In this document: positions 1 to 8,671 of the stretch, piece by piece
Numbering within the stretch: position 1 is the first letter of the stretch
Layout of the letters: each line of letters begins with the position of its first letter
DNA from: a bacterium
Lineage (GTDB): Bacteria; UBA8248
Direction: 5' to 3'
Assembly: GCA_965219955.1 (NCBI GenBank)
Contig: OZ244799.1
Span: 4,064,001-4,128,000, forward strand
DNA length: 64,000 nt
The notes under the pieces: model-generated
Database searches by the model: none
Told to the model about the DNA's origin: nothing
Seen by the model: the letters and a program-made list of their open reading frames with translations, nothing else
Program-made: the position numbers and the translations under genes

Positions 1-51
1 GCTTGGTTGCGGCGTGCGCTGCGTGACCCGTCATACGTCCGTTCTCGAAGC

Positions 52-70
52 CGGTTTTTTCAACAGCCCC
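52..70. repeat. Right end (TTTTTCAACAGCCCC) of a composite intergenic repeat element; the left end lies outside the window
   Basis: Same terminal motif as the elements at 6564-6802 and 46803-47089. Confidence 0.7.
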
Positions 71-167
71 TTGTCAGAGGGCTTTCTTGAGCGTCGCGCC
101 GCTATCATTCCCTTCCTTTTCTCCCTCCGTGAAGCTCCGCCGGGAGGCGTTTCCCGCATCCTCCTCC

Positions 168-1202
168 CTAATCCCGAACCGCCTTCGTGACCGCGCGGGT
201 TTCGCCGTAGGTGGGGAAGAAGAGCGTGTGGCTCCCCGGACCCCCGGCCACACTGATGAGTATGCTCTCCGGCCCGTCCGCCACCGGAACGGCGTCGGGT
301 TCCGTGCCCTCGAAAAGTCCGGGCCTTCTGCCCCGCACGCGCTCGGCGATCTCGGGCGAAAAACTCGTAAGCGGCACGCGCGCCCCCTCAAAGAGCGCGC
401 GCTGGGCGTCCTCACGGCTCATGCCGCCCGCCTCAAGCAGCCCCAGGTGCTGGGGGCTGATGACGACCAACACCTCGCCGCCGCCCTGGGCGTTGTTCGA
501 ACCGGGGTAGGACATCGTGGCGGTTATCATGCGGAGCACGCTTTCGGCGCTTCCGCTCGCGTAATCGTTCACGTTCACAGGCGCGTCCGCAGCCACGACC
601 GTCACCGCGCTCTGTTCCGCACGGAACCCCCGCGTCGCGTGGAGCGGCTCCCAGCCGCAGGCCGCCTCGGCGAAACACGCGGAGAACTTGCCCCCGTGGC
701 CGAAGGTGGCCATGTCGGTCTCGCCGGGCACCGCCATCCCCAGCCGCACGGCGGCCAGGCGGACGGCGCGGCCGATGGCGGCGTTCGCCCGGAAGCCCGG
801 CCCCAGGCACCCGCTGCCCGAATGCACGCCGAGGCGCTCGGCTATCGGCCCGTGGACGATGACCAGGGGCGAGGCGAGCTCGGTGGTCGCCTGGATGGCC
901 AGAAAATTGAACTCGGGCTCCATGACGGCTTCGAGCGCCGCCAGGACCACCGGAAAATACGAAGGCTTGCACCCTGCGGCCACCGCGCAGACGGCCGCAT
1001 CCTCGACCGTCACGTCCACCATGCCGGGCGCCATCATCCCCAGGACGTGGCCGGAACCCTCCTGGACGGAAGCGAGCATGGCGTCCACCGCTCTCCGGGT
1101 CGGCGGGATGAGGGGAAGGCCGTCGCCCGGCCCGTTCTCCATCGCGGCTTCGAGCGCGGCCTCCGCACCCGGCGAGAGTTCGCTCAGGAGCGCCCCGGGC
1201 AT
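168..1202 (-). CDS. Conserved hypothetical protein of the type linked to UGSC-family selenoproteins; paralog of the C-terminal domain of the upstream gene
   Basis: 344-aa ORF. GDGLPLIPPT, AVAAGCKPSYFPVVLAALEA and ANAAIGRAVRL match TDGMPVIPPT, AIMAGCTPGVMPILVTAVQA and VNASVGRAIKL in 1206-2453. Starts 3 bp after the upstream stop. Confidence 0.8.
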   Translation of the reverse strand: MPGALLSELSPGAEAALEAAMENGPGDGLPLIPPTRRAVDAMLASVQEGSGHVLGMMAPGMVDVTVEDAAVCAVAAGCKPSYFPVVLAALEAVMEPEFNFLAIQATTELASPLVIVHGPIAERLGVHSGSGCLGPGFRANAAIGRAVRLAAVRLGMAVPGETDMATFGHGGKFSACFAEAACGWEPLHATRGFRAEQSAVTVVAADAPVNVNDYASGSAESVLRMITATMSYPGSNNAQGGGEVLVVISPQHLGLLEAGGMSREDAQRALFEGARVPLTSFSPEIAERVRGRRPGLFEGTEPDAVPVADGPESILISVAGGPGSHTLFFPTYGETRAVTKAVRD

Positions 1203-1205
1203 GGC

Positions 1206-2816
1206 CTAGTCTATCTTCCGCGTTACGGAGCTGTGGTTCAGCGCGCCGGGCGCCATGAGCGAGTTCGGCCCCGCGCCGCCGTGCACCAGGATGGTGATGT
1301 CCTCCCTCTCCTCGACGATGGGCAGGGTCGCGTTCTCCATCGTGTTCACACCGTAGAGCATCTGCTTCCAGTCGCTCCAGCGCTCGCGCGATTCGGGGGG
1401 ATAGGTGTTGACCGGAATCCGGTGGACCTCGCAGAGGTAATCGCGCACGAGCTTCTTGTCGAACCCCGCTTCCGCGACCTTGTTCGCGTGGGTGGGGCCG
1501 AAGATGAGCATGATCTCGCAGCGGCCGAACTGCGGCCGCGTGCCCGAGCAGGCGGCCACGGTGCCGAAGGTGCCCAGGATACCCTGCGCGGTGAGCGCGC
1601 TGTGGTCGTCCACCATGTGGAGGGGCTCGGCGGTGAACACCGTCACCACGCTGTCAGATTCTGAAAAACCCTTCTCCACGTGGAGCGGCTCCCAGGGGCT
1701 CTGCTCGATGTTCTCGGTGATGGCGTCGAAATACTTGGCGAAGTGGCCCTGGCAGGTGGCGCCCCTGTTTTCGAGGTCGCCGATGCAGTTGAACATGATG
1801 AGCTTGATCGCGCGGCCGACCGAGGCGTTCACCCCCCAGCCCGCTGCGCTCAGGTCGCGCCCGTCGCTCATCCCGACCTCGCGCGCGATGGGGCCGCTCA
1901 CGACGACGATGGGGAAAAGCGTGTGCGCCGTGGTGATGACGTGGTTGACGTGGTATTCCTCCGCCCCCATGGCCTGCACCGCCGTCACGAGGATGGGCAT
2001 GACGCCCGGCGTACAGCCCGCCATGATGGCGTTGGCCGCGATCCGCTCCACGGTGATGTCCGCCAGCCTCGGCATGAGGCGGGCGACCACCTCATCTCCC
2101 TTTCTGCCCGAGGCCGCCACGAACCGCTCCACCATATCCAGCGTGGGGGGGATGACGGGCATCCCGTCCGTCGCCCCCAGATCGAAGAGCGCTCCGTTCG
2201 CACCGATGGGGTCTCCTGCGATGGAGAGGACCCGCTCGATGGGGTCATCGGCGACGGCTGCGGCCTCTCCCCCGTTCGCCGTGTTCATCCACTCGGCGGC
2301 CACCGTATCCACGCCGTTTTTCGCCATGCGCATCAGGGCGTCGCCGCCCTGGTGGGCCACGGTGTCGTCCACGAGGAGAAGGCGGAGATGGGGGGATTTG
2401 TAGGCCTTGGCGAAGCTGCGCGCCGCCGTTTCGAAACCGTTGCCCACCACCACGACGGTGGGGACGCCGCGTTTTTCCAGCTCGGCCGAGTCGTGGACAC
2501 TCCACGACGTGCAGCCCCCTCAGACCCCGAAGCCGGTCACCGCCACGTCGCAGTTCGACGCTATCTCGTCGAGCGTCTCCTCGCCTGCGCCCTGCGCGGC
2601 CCAGCCCTTCTTGTGCACCAGGAGCTTCGCGTCGTGCCGCTCGGCGAAGACCTCGCCGACGTGGCTCAGAAAATCGCCCGCGTGGGGCATGGAGTTGTCG
2701 AGAAGCGCGATGCGGAGCCCGTCCAGGCCCGTCACGGCGGCGCCCGCGGCGGGGCCGTCGTCCTGGGCCACGGCTGCGATGGGGTTGATGATCTCGATGC
2801 GAGCGTTCTCGCCCAT
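1206..2816 (-). CDS. UGSC-family selenoprotein (U-G-G-C motif) fused to a conserved C-terminal domain; in-frame TGA at 2520-2522 read as Sec
   Basis: ORFs 2520..2870 and 1206..2453 share a frame and join as VTGFGV-TGA-GGCTSWSVHDSAELEKRGVPTV. ATG at 2816 has a GGAGGGAG RBS. A hairpin follows the TGA. Confidence 0.8.
2490..2508 (-). promoter_or_regulatory. Putative bacterial SECIS element
   Basis: mRNA GUCGUGGA-GUG-UCCACGAC perfect stem starting 11 nt after the UGA. Confidence 0.65.
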
Positions 2817-3055
2817 AGATAGACTCCCTCCGAATGCGCGGGAACACGAACACCGCGCTTTGGGGCTCAACCGGCGATCCGATGGTCTGCGTAGATGGAT
2901 CAGTTATAAACGGGAATCCGATGCGATGTCAATTATTCCGGGGGTGCGTACGGTGGCGCTCCCCGGCATGGGGATGGGCATGAGGCATGGCGTGTTGCGT
3001 CCGTCGCCAGGGGCTGCGAGAAATTCGGCTGGTCTACCGGGCTGCCTGAATTCAT

Positions 3056-3141
3056 TGACGAAGGATGAGAGATTCAAACCCCCGGAACATTCGCTCAATG
3101 ATTTTCAAGACCTCCGCCTTCGGCCGCTCGATCATCCCTCA
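3056..3141 (-). pseudogene. Decayed copy of tRNA-Ser(TGA)
   Basis: Ungapped alignment to 22377-22462 gives 72/86 identity by hand count. Anticodon TGA retained; CCA end, T-loop and acceptor stem mutated. Confidence 0.8.
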
Positions 3142-3220
3142 GTCCAGGGTGCGAATGGCCTTCAGGTGAACCAGCGCGAACTTTCTTGCAACATGTCGTG
3201 TATCATGCAATGATCCCGCT

Positions 3221-3787
3221 ATGAGGATTGCGCGCAAGGGACTGCGGCGGTTGTACGAGAGCGATGACGCGCGTTATTTGAACCCCGAGCACCTCGGGCG
3301 CATCCGCCGCATGTTGTCCGACCTGGACGCGGCGAGGCAGCCCCGCGACCTGGAATGGCCCGGTTACCGCCTGCATCCGATGACCGGCGACATGGGTGGC
3401 TATTGGAGTATGCGCGTCTCCGCCAACTGGCGTATCGTCTTTCGCTTCGCCGACGGCGAAGCCGTCGATGTAGACTTGATCGACTACCACCAGGAGGAAA
3501 CATCCGATGCCCATGCTCAACCCGACGCATCCCGGCGAGAGCATCCGAGAAGCCTTGAAGGCCGCAGAATGGACGGTGACGGATGCCGCAAAGCGGCTCG
3601 GTGTTACGCGAAATACGCTCTCGCGCCTCGTGAACGGCCGTATCGGCGTTTCACCGGAAATGGCTCTGGCCCTGGAGCGGGTCGGCTGGAGCAACGCCGA
3701 ATTCTGGATGAGAAGACAAGCCGCATACGATCTTGCGCGAGCGCGAAGCGCCCGGGATTCGGCAGCGTAACTCAACGCCCCGGGTAG
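3221..3787 (+). CDS. higB: HigB/RelE-family toxin (plasmid maintenance killer type) with probable stop-codon loss
   Basis: KGLRRLYE...PGYRLHP...YWSMRVSANWRIVFRF...VDLIDYH. The family normally ends at DYH, but the next codon is CAG (3491-3493). Confidence 0.75.
   Translation: MRIARKGLRRLYESDDARYLNPEHLGRIRRMLSDLDAARQPRDLEWPGYRLHPMTGDMGGYWSMRVSANWRIVFRFADGEAVDVDLIDYHQEETSDAHAQPDASRREHPRSLEGRRMDGDGCRKAARCYAKYALAPRERPYRRFTGNGSGPGAGRLEQRRILDEKTSRIRSCASAKRPGFGSVTQRPG
3507..3770 (+). CDS. higA: HigA-family HTH antitoxin
   Basis: MLNPTHPGE...AAKRLGVTRNTLSRLVNGRIGVSPEMALAL...AEFWMRRQAAYDL; AGGAGG upstream. Confidence 0.9.
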   Translation: MPMLNPTHPGESIREALKAAEWTVTDAAKRLGVTRNTLSRLVNGRIGVSPEMALALERVGWSNAEFWMRRQAAYDLARARSARDSAA

Positions 3788-3971
3788 CTTCGAAGCGAGT
3801 TTATGCGGTGATTCGGGGATAAGCTCGAGACCGTTTCCTCATCGCGGATGCGCCGGAACAGCTCCCGGATGCGTATCGGCAGCTTTTTCGCCCCGGTTGC
3901 CACCCAAAACCCCCTTGTGTAGTGTTGTTCGAAACATACATCTCGGAAAATCCCGCGCGGAGGAGGATGCC

Positions 3972-5360
3972 ATGGCTGCGAAGTCCAGGGTGGATGTCCT
4001 GATCGAGAACGGAACCGTCGTCACCGTGGACCCGGAGCGGCGGGTCATCCGCAAGGGCGCCGTCGCCATCACGAGGAACCGGATCAAGGACGTGGGGAAG
4101 GCTTCGGCGCTCCGGAAGAAATACGAGGCCAGGCGGACCTACGACGCCACGATGAAGCTCGTCACCCCCGGCCTGATCAACGCGCACATCCACTTCTACC
4201 ACCACATGCACCGCGGCCTCTCGCCCGAGACCCTGGCGGGGATGCCGTGGTCCGACTTCGTCCACCGCAAGGTCGCCACCATCGTGAACGCCGAGGACGA
4301 GATATGGGGCGGACTCGGCATTCTGGTCGAAACCCTGAAGACGGGGGTGACGACCTTCCTCGAGGCGGGCTCCTACAACATCGGCCCCGTCATCGAGGGC
4401 GTCTCCCGCATCGGGATGCGGGGCCTGATGGGCCGCAGGTCCTTCGACATGGTGAGCCAGGGCCACGACATGCTGGTCGACAGCACCCGGAAGTGCCTGA
4501 ACGAGAACGAGAAGTTCATGAAGGACTACCGGGGCGGGGTGGGGCTCGTGAAGCCCTGCGTCGTCGTCGTCGGGATGGGGCGCTGCTCGGACAGGCTCTA
4601 CGTCAAGTCCAGGGAGATGGCCGATAAGTACAGGACCATCCTCCACATGCACCAGGCCAACATGATCGAGAACGTCCAGGAGAGCCTGAGCATGAACGGC
4701 GCCCGCCCCATCGAGCACCTCTACAATATCGGCGTCCTCGGGAAGAACGTGGCCCTCACCCACATGGTCCACGTGAGCGCGAAGGAGATCGGGCTTCTCG
4801 CCGAGACGAAAACGAACGTGCTTCATTGTCCGAGCACCGCCATGAAGATCAGCTACGGCCTCTCCGCCTTCGGGAAGTTCCCGGAGATGATGGAGGCGGG
4901 CGTCAACGTCGCCATCGGCACCGACGCGTCGGACTGCTCGAACTTCAACGACATGGTGCGCCTCATGTACCTGGCGGCGGCGACGCCCAAGGACTACCGC
5001 TACGACCCCTCCGCCGGCAGCGCCGAGAAGGCCATCGAGATGGCGACCATCAACGGCGCGAGGGCGATGAACATGGAGCGGGAGATCGGTTCCCTGGAGC
5101 CCGGCAAGAAAGCCGACGTCGCCATCTTCGACATGAATCGGCCGGACTGGGCCCCCCTCTACAACGAGCTACAGAATTTCGTCTACTCGGCCCAGGGGGG
5201 CAGCTGCGAGAGCGTCATGGTCGACGGGAAGTTCGTGATGGAGAACCGCGAGGTCAAGACGATAGACGAGACGGAGGTCGTGGAGCGGATCGGGCGCCTT
5301 GCGAAAGGGGTCATCAAGAGGAGCAAGGTGCCGCTCTACAGCCCGTGGAAGTTCATCTAG
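3972..5360 (+). CDS. Metal-dependent amidohydrolase (SsnA / MTA-SAH deaminase-like)
   Basis: PGLINAHIH, GTD and IGSLEPGKKAD motifs; AGGAGG RBS before ATG 3972. Confidence 0.85.
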   Translation: MAAKSRVDVLIENGTVVTVDPERRVIRKGAVAITRNRIKDVGKASALRKKYEARRTYDATMKLVTPGLINAHIHFYHHMHRGLSPETLAGMPWSDFVHRKVATIVNAEDEIWGGLGILVETLKTGVTTFLEAGSYNIGPVIEGVSRIGMRGLMGRRSFDMVSQGHDMLVDSTRKCLNENEKFMKDYRGGVGLVKPCVVVVGMGRCSDRLYVKSREMADKYRTILHMHQANMIENVQESLSMNGARPIEHLYNIGVLGKNVALTHMVHVSAKEIGLLAETKTNVLHCPSTAMKISYGLSAFGKFPEMMEAGVNVAIGTDASDCSNFNDMVRLMYLAAATPKDYRYDPSAGSAEKAIEMATINGARAMNMEREIGSLEPGKKADVAIFDMNRPDWAPLYNELQNFVYSAQGGSCESVMVDGKFVMENREVKTIDETEVVERIGRLAKGVIKRSKVPLYSPWKFI

Positions 5361-5388
5361 CCCCGGCCGCCCGGAGGAGGAGACCCTC

Positions 5389-6522
5389 ATGACGCGCATC
5401 GCCACCACCCACGTCGGGTCGCTTCCCAGAAGCGAGCGGGCGCTTGATTTTCTCTTCGCCCGCGACCGGGAAGAACCCTACGACGCGGAAAAGTTCGCCG
5501 CCTGCATGGCGGAGGAATGCGCGGAGACGGTCCGCAAGCAGGTCGAAGCCGGGGTCGACATCGTCTCCGACGGCGAGACCTCCAAGATTTCCTACACCAC
5601 CTACGTCAAGAACCGCTACAACGGCTTCTCCGGCCAGAGCGAGCGGGCCGTGCCGGGGGACCTCAAGCTCTTCCCGCGCTATCTCGAACGCCTCGCGCGC
5701 GAAGGCGGGACGCCCAAGCTCGTCCGCCCGCGCTGCACCGGGCCGGTCGCGCCCAAGGACGACGCGGAGCTTCGGGCCGACATCGCCAATATGAAGGACG
5801 CGATGGCGGCGCATGGTGCGGCGCGCGGATTCCTGAACGCGGCGTCGCCCGGCGTGGTCGCGCTGTTCATGCCGAACGCCTACTACCCCTCACGCGAGGC
5901 CTATCTCGAGGCCCTCGCCGACGCGATGAAGGCGGAGTACGACGCGATACTCGCGGCCGGCTTCGACCTCCAGCTCGACTGCCCGGATTTGGGCCTTGCG
6001 CGCCACGTGCTGTATGAGGATCTTTCGGACGCCGAGTTCGGTGATATTGCGAAAGCCAATGTCGAGGTACTGAACCACGCGCTGCGCGACGCCGACCCGG
6101 CGCGGGTGCGGGTCCACATCTGCTGGGGCAACTACGAGGGGCCCCACGTGTGCGACGTGGGGCTTGACCACGTGTTCTCCGCCCTGATGTCGGTCCGCGC
6201 GCGCTACGTCCTGTTCGAGAACGCGAACCCGCGCCACGAGCACGAGTGGACGGTATTCCGCGACCGGAGCGACGAGATACCCGAGGAGAAAATACTCGTG
6301 CCCGGCGTCATCGACACGACGAGCAACTTCGTGGAGCATCCGGAACTCATCGCGCAGCGCATCGGGCGCTTCGTGGAACTCTTTGGTCCGGAGCGGGTTA
6401 TCGCCGGGACCGACTGCGGGTTCGGGACCTTCGCCGGCTTCGGGGCGGTCGATCCCGAGGTCGTCTACGTCAAGCTCGCGGCCCTGGCCGAGGGCGCCGC
6501 CATCGCGTCCGGGAGAATCTGA
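5389..6522 (+). CDS. Cobalamin-independent methionine synthase II family protein (MetE C-terminal-domain type)
   Basis: TTHVGSLPR, SDGE, HICWGN and GTDCGF Zn-ligand motifs; GGAGG RBS. Confidence 0.85.
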   Translation: MTRIATTHVGSLPRSERALDFLFARDREEPYDAEKFAACMAEECAETVRKQVEAGVDIVSDGETSKISYTTYVKNRYNGFSGQSERAVPGDLKLFPRYLERLAREGGTPKLVRPRCTGPVAPKDDAELRADIANMKDAMAAHGAARGFLNAASPGVVALFMPNAYYPSREAYLEALADAMKAEYDAILAAGFDLQLDCPDLGLARHVLYEDLSDAEFGDIAKANVEVLNHALRDADPARVRVHICWGNYEGPHVCDVGLDHVFSALMSVRARYVLFENANPRHEHEWTVFRDRSDEIPEEKILVPGVIDTTSNFVEHPELIAQRIGRFVELFGPERVIAGTDCGFGTFAGFGAVDPEVVYVKLAALAEGAAIASGRI

Positions 6523-6563
6523 GGCGCGCTGGAAGCGGCAGCCGCAGCCGGAGGCTTCTTTCC

Positions 6564-6848
6564 GGGGCTGTTGAAAAAGTCACCCTCCTCAGGGGATAAA
6601 AGCACCCCCCCCTACCCCCCCTTGTCAGGGGGGCAAGAAAAAGCAAAGTCCCTCAACCCGGTGGGGGCGTATCGCCTTTTTATACCCCCCTGACAAGGGG
6701 GGGTAGGGGGGTTGGTTTCAAAGAGGGAGGTCGGGGGTTCGCGCGAAAGCGGTCTTCCCCCTAAAGGCGATGTCCACCGACGAGGGGTTTTTCAACAGCC
6801 CCATTGTCATTCCGTTTGAGAATGGATTCCGGCTTTCGCCGGAATGAC
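6564..6848. repeat. Composite palindromic repeat element (MITE-like) plus REP-like hairpin
   Basis: GGGGCTGTTGAAAAA...TTTTTCAACAGCCCC inverted ends at 6564 and 6802 enclose a CCCCCTACCCCCCTTGTCAGGGGGG palindrome; followed by GGATTCCGGCTTTCGCCGGAATGAC. Confidence 0.85.
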
Positions 6849-6924
6849 GGCGGTGGTCATCTCTGACAGGTCTTGCATGGTGACCTGTTTGTGAACTATA
6901 TTTGGTTCGATAAGGAGGGAGCCA

Positions 6925-7200
6925 ATGAGCCTGTCCAGCCGAATCAAGCCAATCAGTTATCTCAAGGCCCACGCTTCGGAGATTGTGCGCACGCTTCGCG
7001 ACGAAGGGGAACCCTTGATCATTACCCAGAACGGCGTAGCCAAGGCGGTCGTGCAGGATATTGACGCTTACGAGCAAATGCAGGAGACCGTGGCGCTGCT
7101 CAAGATCCTCGCGCTTGGCAGCCGCCAGATCGAGGAGGGCCGGGTGCAACCAGCCGCCGACATCATCGCGCGGCTGCGGGAGCGGCGACAGACTTCCTGA
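6925..7200 (+). CDS. Phd/YefM-family antitoxin
   Basis: IKPISYLKAHASEI...PLIITQNGVAKAVVQDI; stop overlaps the toxin ATG. Confidence 0.9.
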   Translation: MSLSSRIKPISYLKAHASEIVRTLRDEGEPLIITQNGVAKAVVQDIDAYEQMQETVALLKILALGSRQIEEGRVQPAADIIARLRERRQTS

Positions 7201-7526
7201 TGCCCTTTTCGGTGCAGTTGACCGATGACGCGGAGCGCGACCTGGAGGAACTCTGCGATTACATCGAAAGACACGATACGCCGGGAAGGGCGGATCATGT
7301 TTTGGAGCAACTCGAAAAGGTGTTCGACAACCTGTCCGCGCATCCCCACCGGGGAAACTATCCGAAAGAATTGCTGGAGGTCGGGATTCGGGAGTACCGT
7401 GAAGTCTTTTTCAAGCCCTATCGCGTTATCTACCAAGTGATGGAAAACGAGGTCTACGTGCTCCTGATCGCAGACGGGCGGCGCGACATGCAGACGTTGC
7501 TGCAGCGGCGCTTGCTGGGGGCGTGA
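7200..7526 (+). CDS. RelE/ParE-family toxin
   Basis: VQLTDDAERDLEELCDYI...YREVFFKPYRVIY...LIADGRRDM. Confidence 0.9.
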   Translation: MPFSVQLTDDAERDLEELCDYIERHDTPGRADHVLEQLEKVFDNLSAHPHRGNYPKELLEVGIREYREVFFKPYRVIYQVMENEVYVLLIADGRRDMQTLLQRRLLGA

Positions 7527-7639
7527 CCCTGTCTCACCAGCTTGTCCAAGGCGAACTTCACTCCGCGCCCCCGGCCAGCCCTTGATGTCAGGGCTGACCG
7601 GAGGCCGTTGTTCGGCCTCGCGCGACTACCGCGAAGCGG

Positions 7640-8602
7640 CTATTTCTTCTTCACGAGCTTGTCCACGAGCGCCTTCATATTGGCGTTTTCTTTCACCAGG
7701 AAGGACTCGAAGTTCTTCCCGCTCATGTAGATCACCCGCTCGCCCATGCGCTTCACCATGGACTGGAAGGATTTGTCCTTCACCCCCTTGTCGAATGCCG
7801 CCCGGAGCTTGGCCAGGATGTCCGCGGGCGTCTTCTTGGACGCGAAGACCGTCCGGAACATGGCGAACTGCACGTCGAAGCCCTGCTCCTTCATGGTGGG
7901 CAGGTCGGGGAGTTGCGGCAGCCGGTCCGGCGCCGTGATGGCGAGAACGCGGACATTTCCCTTGGAGAGCTGGGGCGTCACCGTGGAGGCGAAGGCGGGG
8001 GCGATGTCGATGTGCCCGCCGAGGAAGGCCTTCCAGGTGGGGCCGCCGCCCTGGAACGGAACGAACTTGAGCTTGATGCCCGCCTTGAGCGCGAGAAGCT
8101 CCATGGGAATCTGGTCCACCCCCAGGCCGGGGACGCCGCCGAAGGAGATCTTGCCCGGCCTGCGCCTGGCGTCCTCGATCAGGTCGCGCAGGTTCTTCCA
8201 GGGGGCGTCTTTCTTCACGGTGATGAGCAGGGGGCTGTAGTTGATTCGCCCCACCGGCACGAAGGACGCCGAGGTGTAGGGAAGGCTCTCGATGAGAGGC
8301 TTCACCAGGATGCTCTGCTGGTCGCCCAGGATCAGCGTGTGGCCGTCCGCCCGCGCGCGGGCCACGAAGCTCGCTCCGATGGAGCCGCCGCCGCCCGCCC
8401 GGATGACCGCGAGCATCGGCTGGCCCAGATAGGGTTCCATGACGCTCGCGAAGGCGCGCGCGTGCGCGTCGTGCGAGCCGCCCGGCGAATAGGGAATGAC
8501 CAGCCGGACGGGCTTGTTCGGGAACTTCGCCGCTTCTGAGTGGGTCGGCGCCAGCCACAGCGCCATGGCCGCGATGAGCAATACTGCCGAGAGTCGTTTC
8601 AT
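7640..8602 (-). CDS. tctC: Tripartite tricarboxylate transporter substrate-binding protein
   Basis: Signal peptide, FPNKPVRLVIPYSPGGSHD, GGGG motif, VPFQGGG. Confidence 0.9.
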   Translation of the reverse strand: MKRLSAVLLIAAMALWLAPTHSEAAKFPNKPVRLVIPYSPGGSHDAHARAFASVMEPYLGQPMLAVIRAGGGGSIGASFVARARADGHTLILGDQQSILVKPLIESLPYTSASFVPVGRINYSPLLITVKKDAPWKNLRDLIEDARRRPGKISFGGVPGLGVDQIPMELLALKAGIKLKFVPFQGGGPTWKAFLGGHIDIAPAFASTVTPQLSKGNVRVLAITAPDRLPQLPDLPTMKEQGFDVQFAMFRTVFASKKTPADILAKLRAAFDKGVKDKSFQSMVKRMGERVIYMSGKNFESFLVKENANMKALVDKLVKKK

Positions 8603-8671
8603 GGTGAGTCCCTCCTGTGGGTTGTGGTTGCCTTCTCTGAAATCACGCGCCCAGATTCAGTGAAATCCTCC

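Noticed and set aside
87-2822. Long plus-strand ORFs (525, 315, 380 aa) and similar shadow ORFs elsewhere (8540-10252, 27951-29579, 54597-56159)
   Set aside because: Antisense shadows of well-supported genes, expected in high-GC DNA; no motifs
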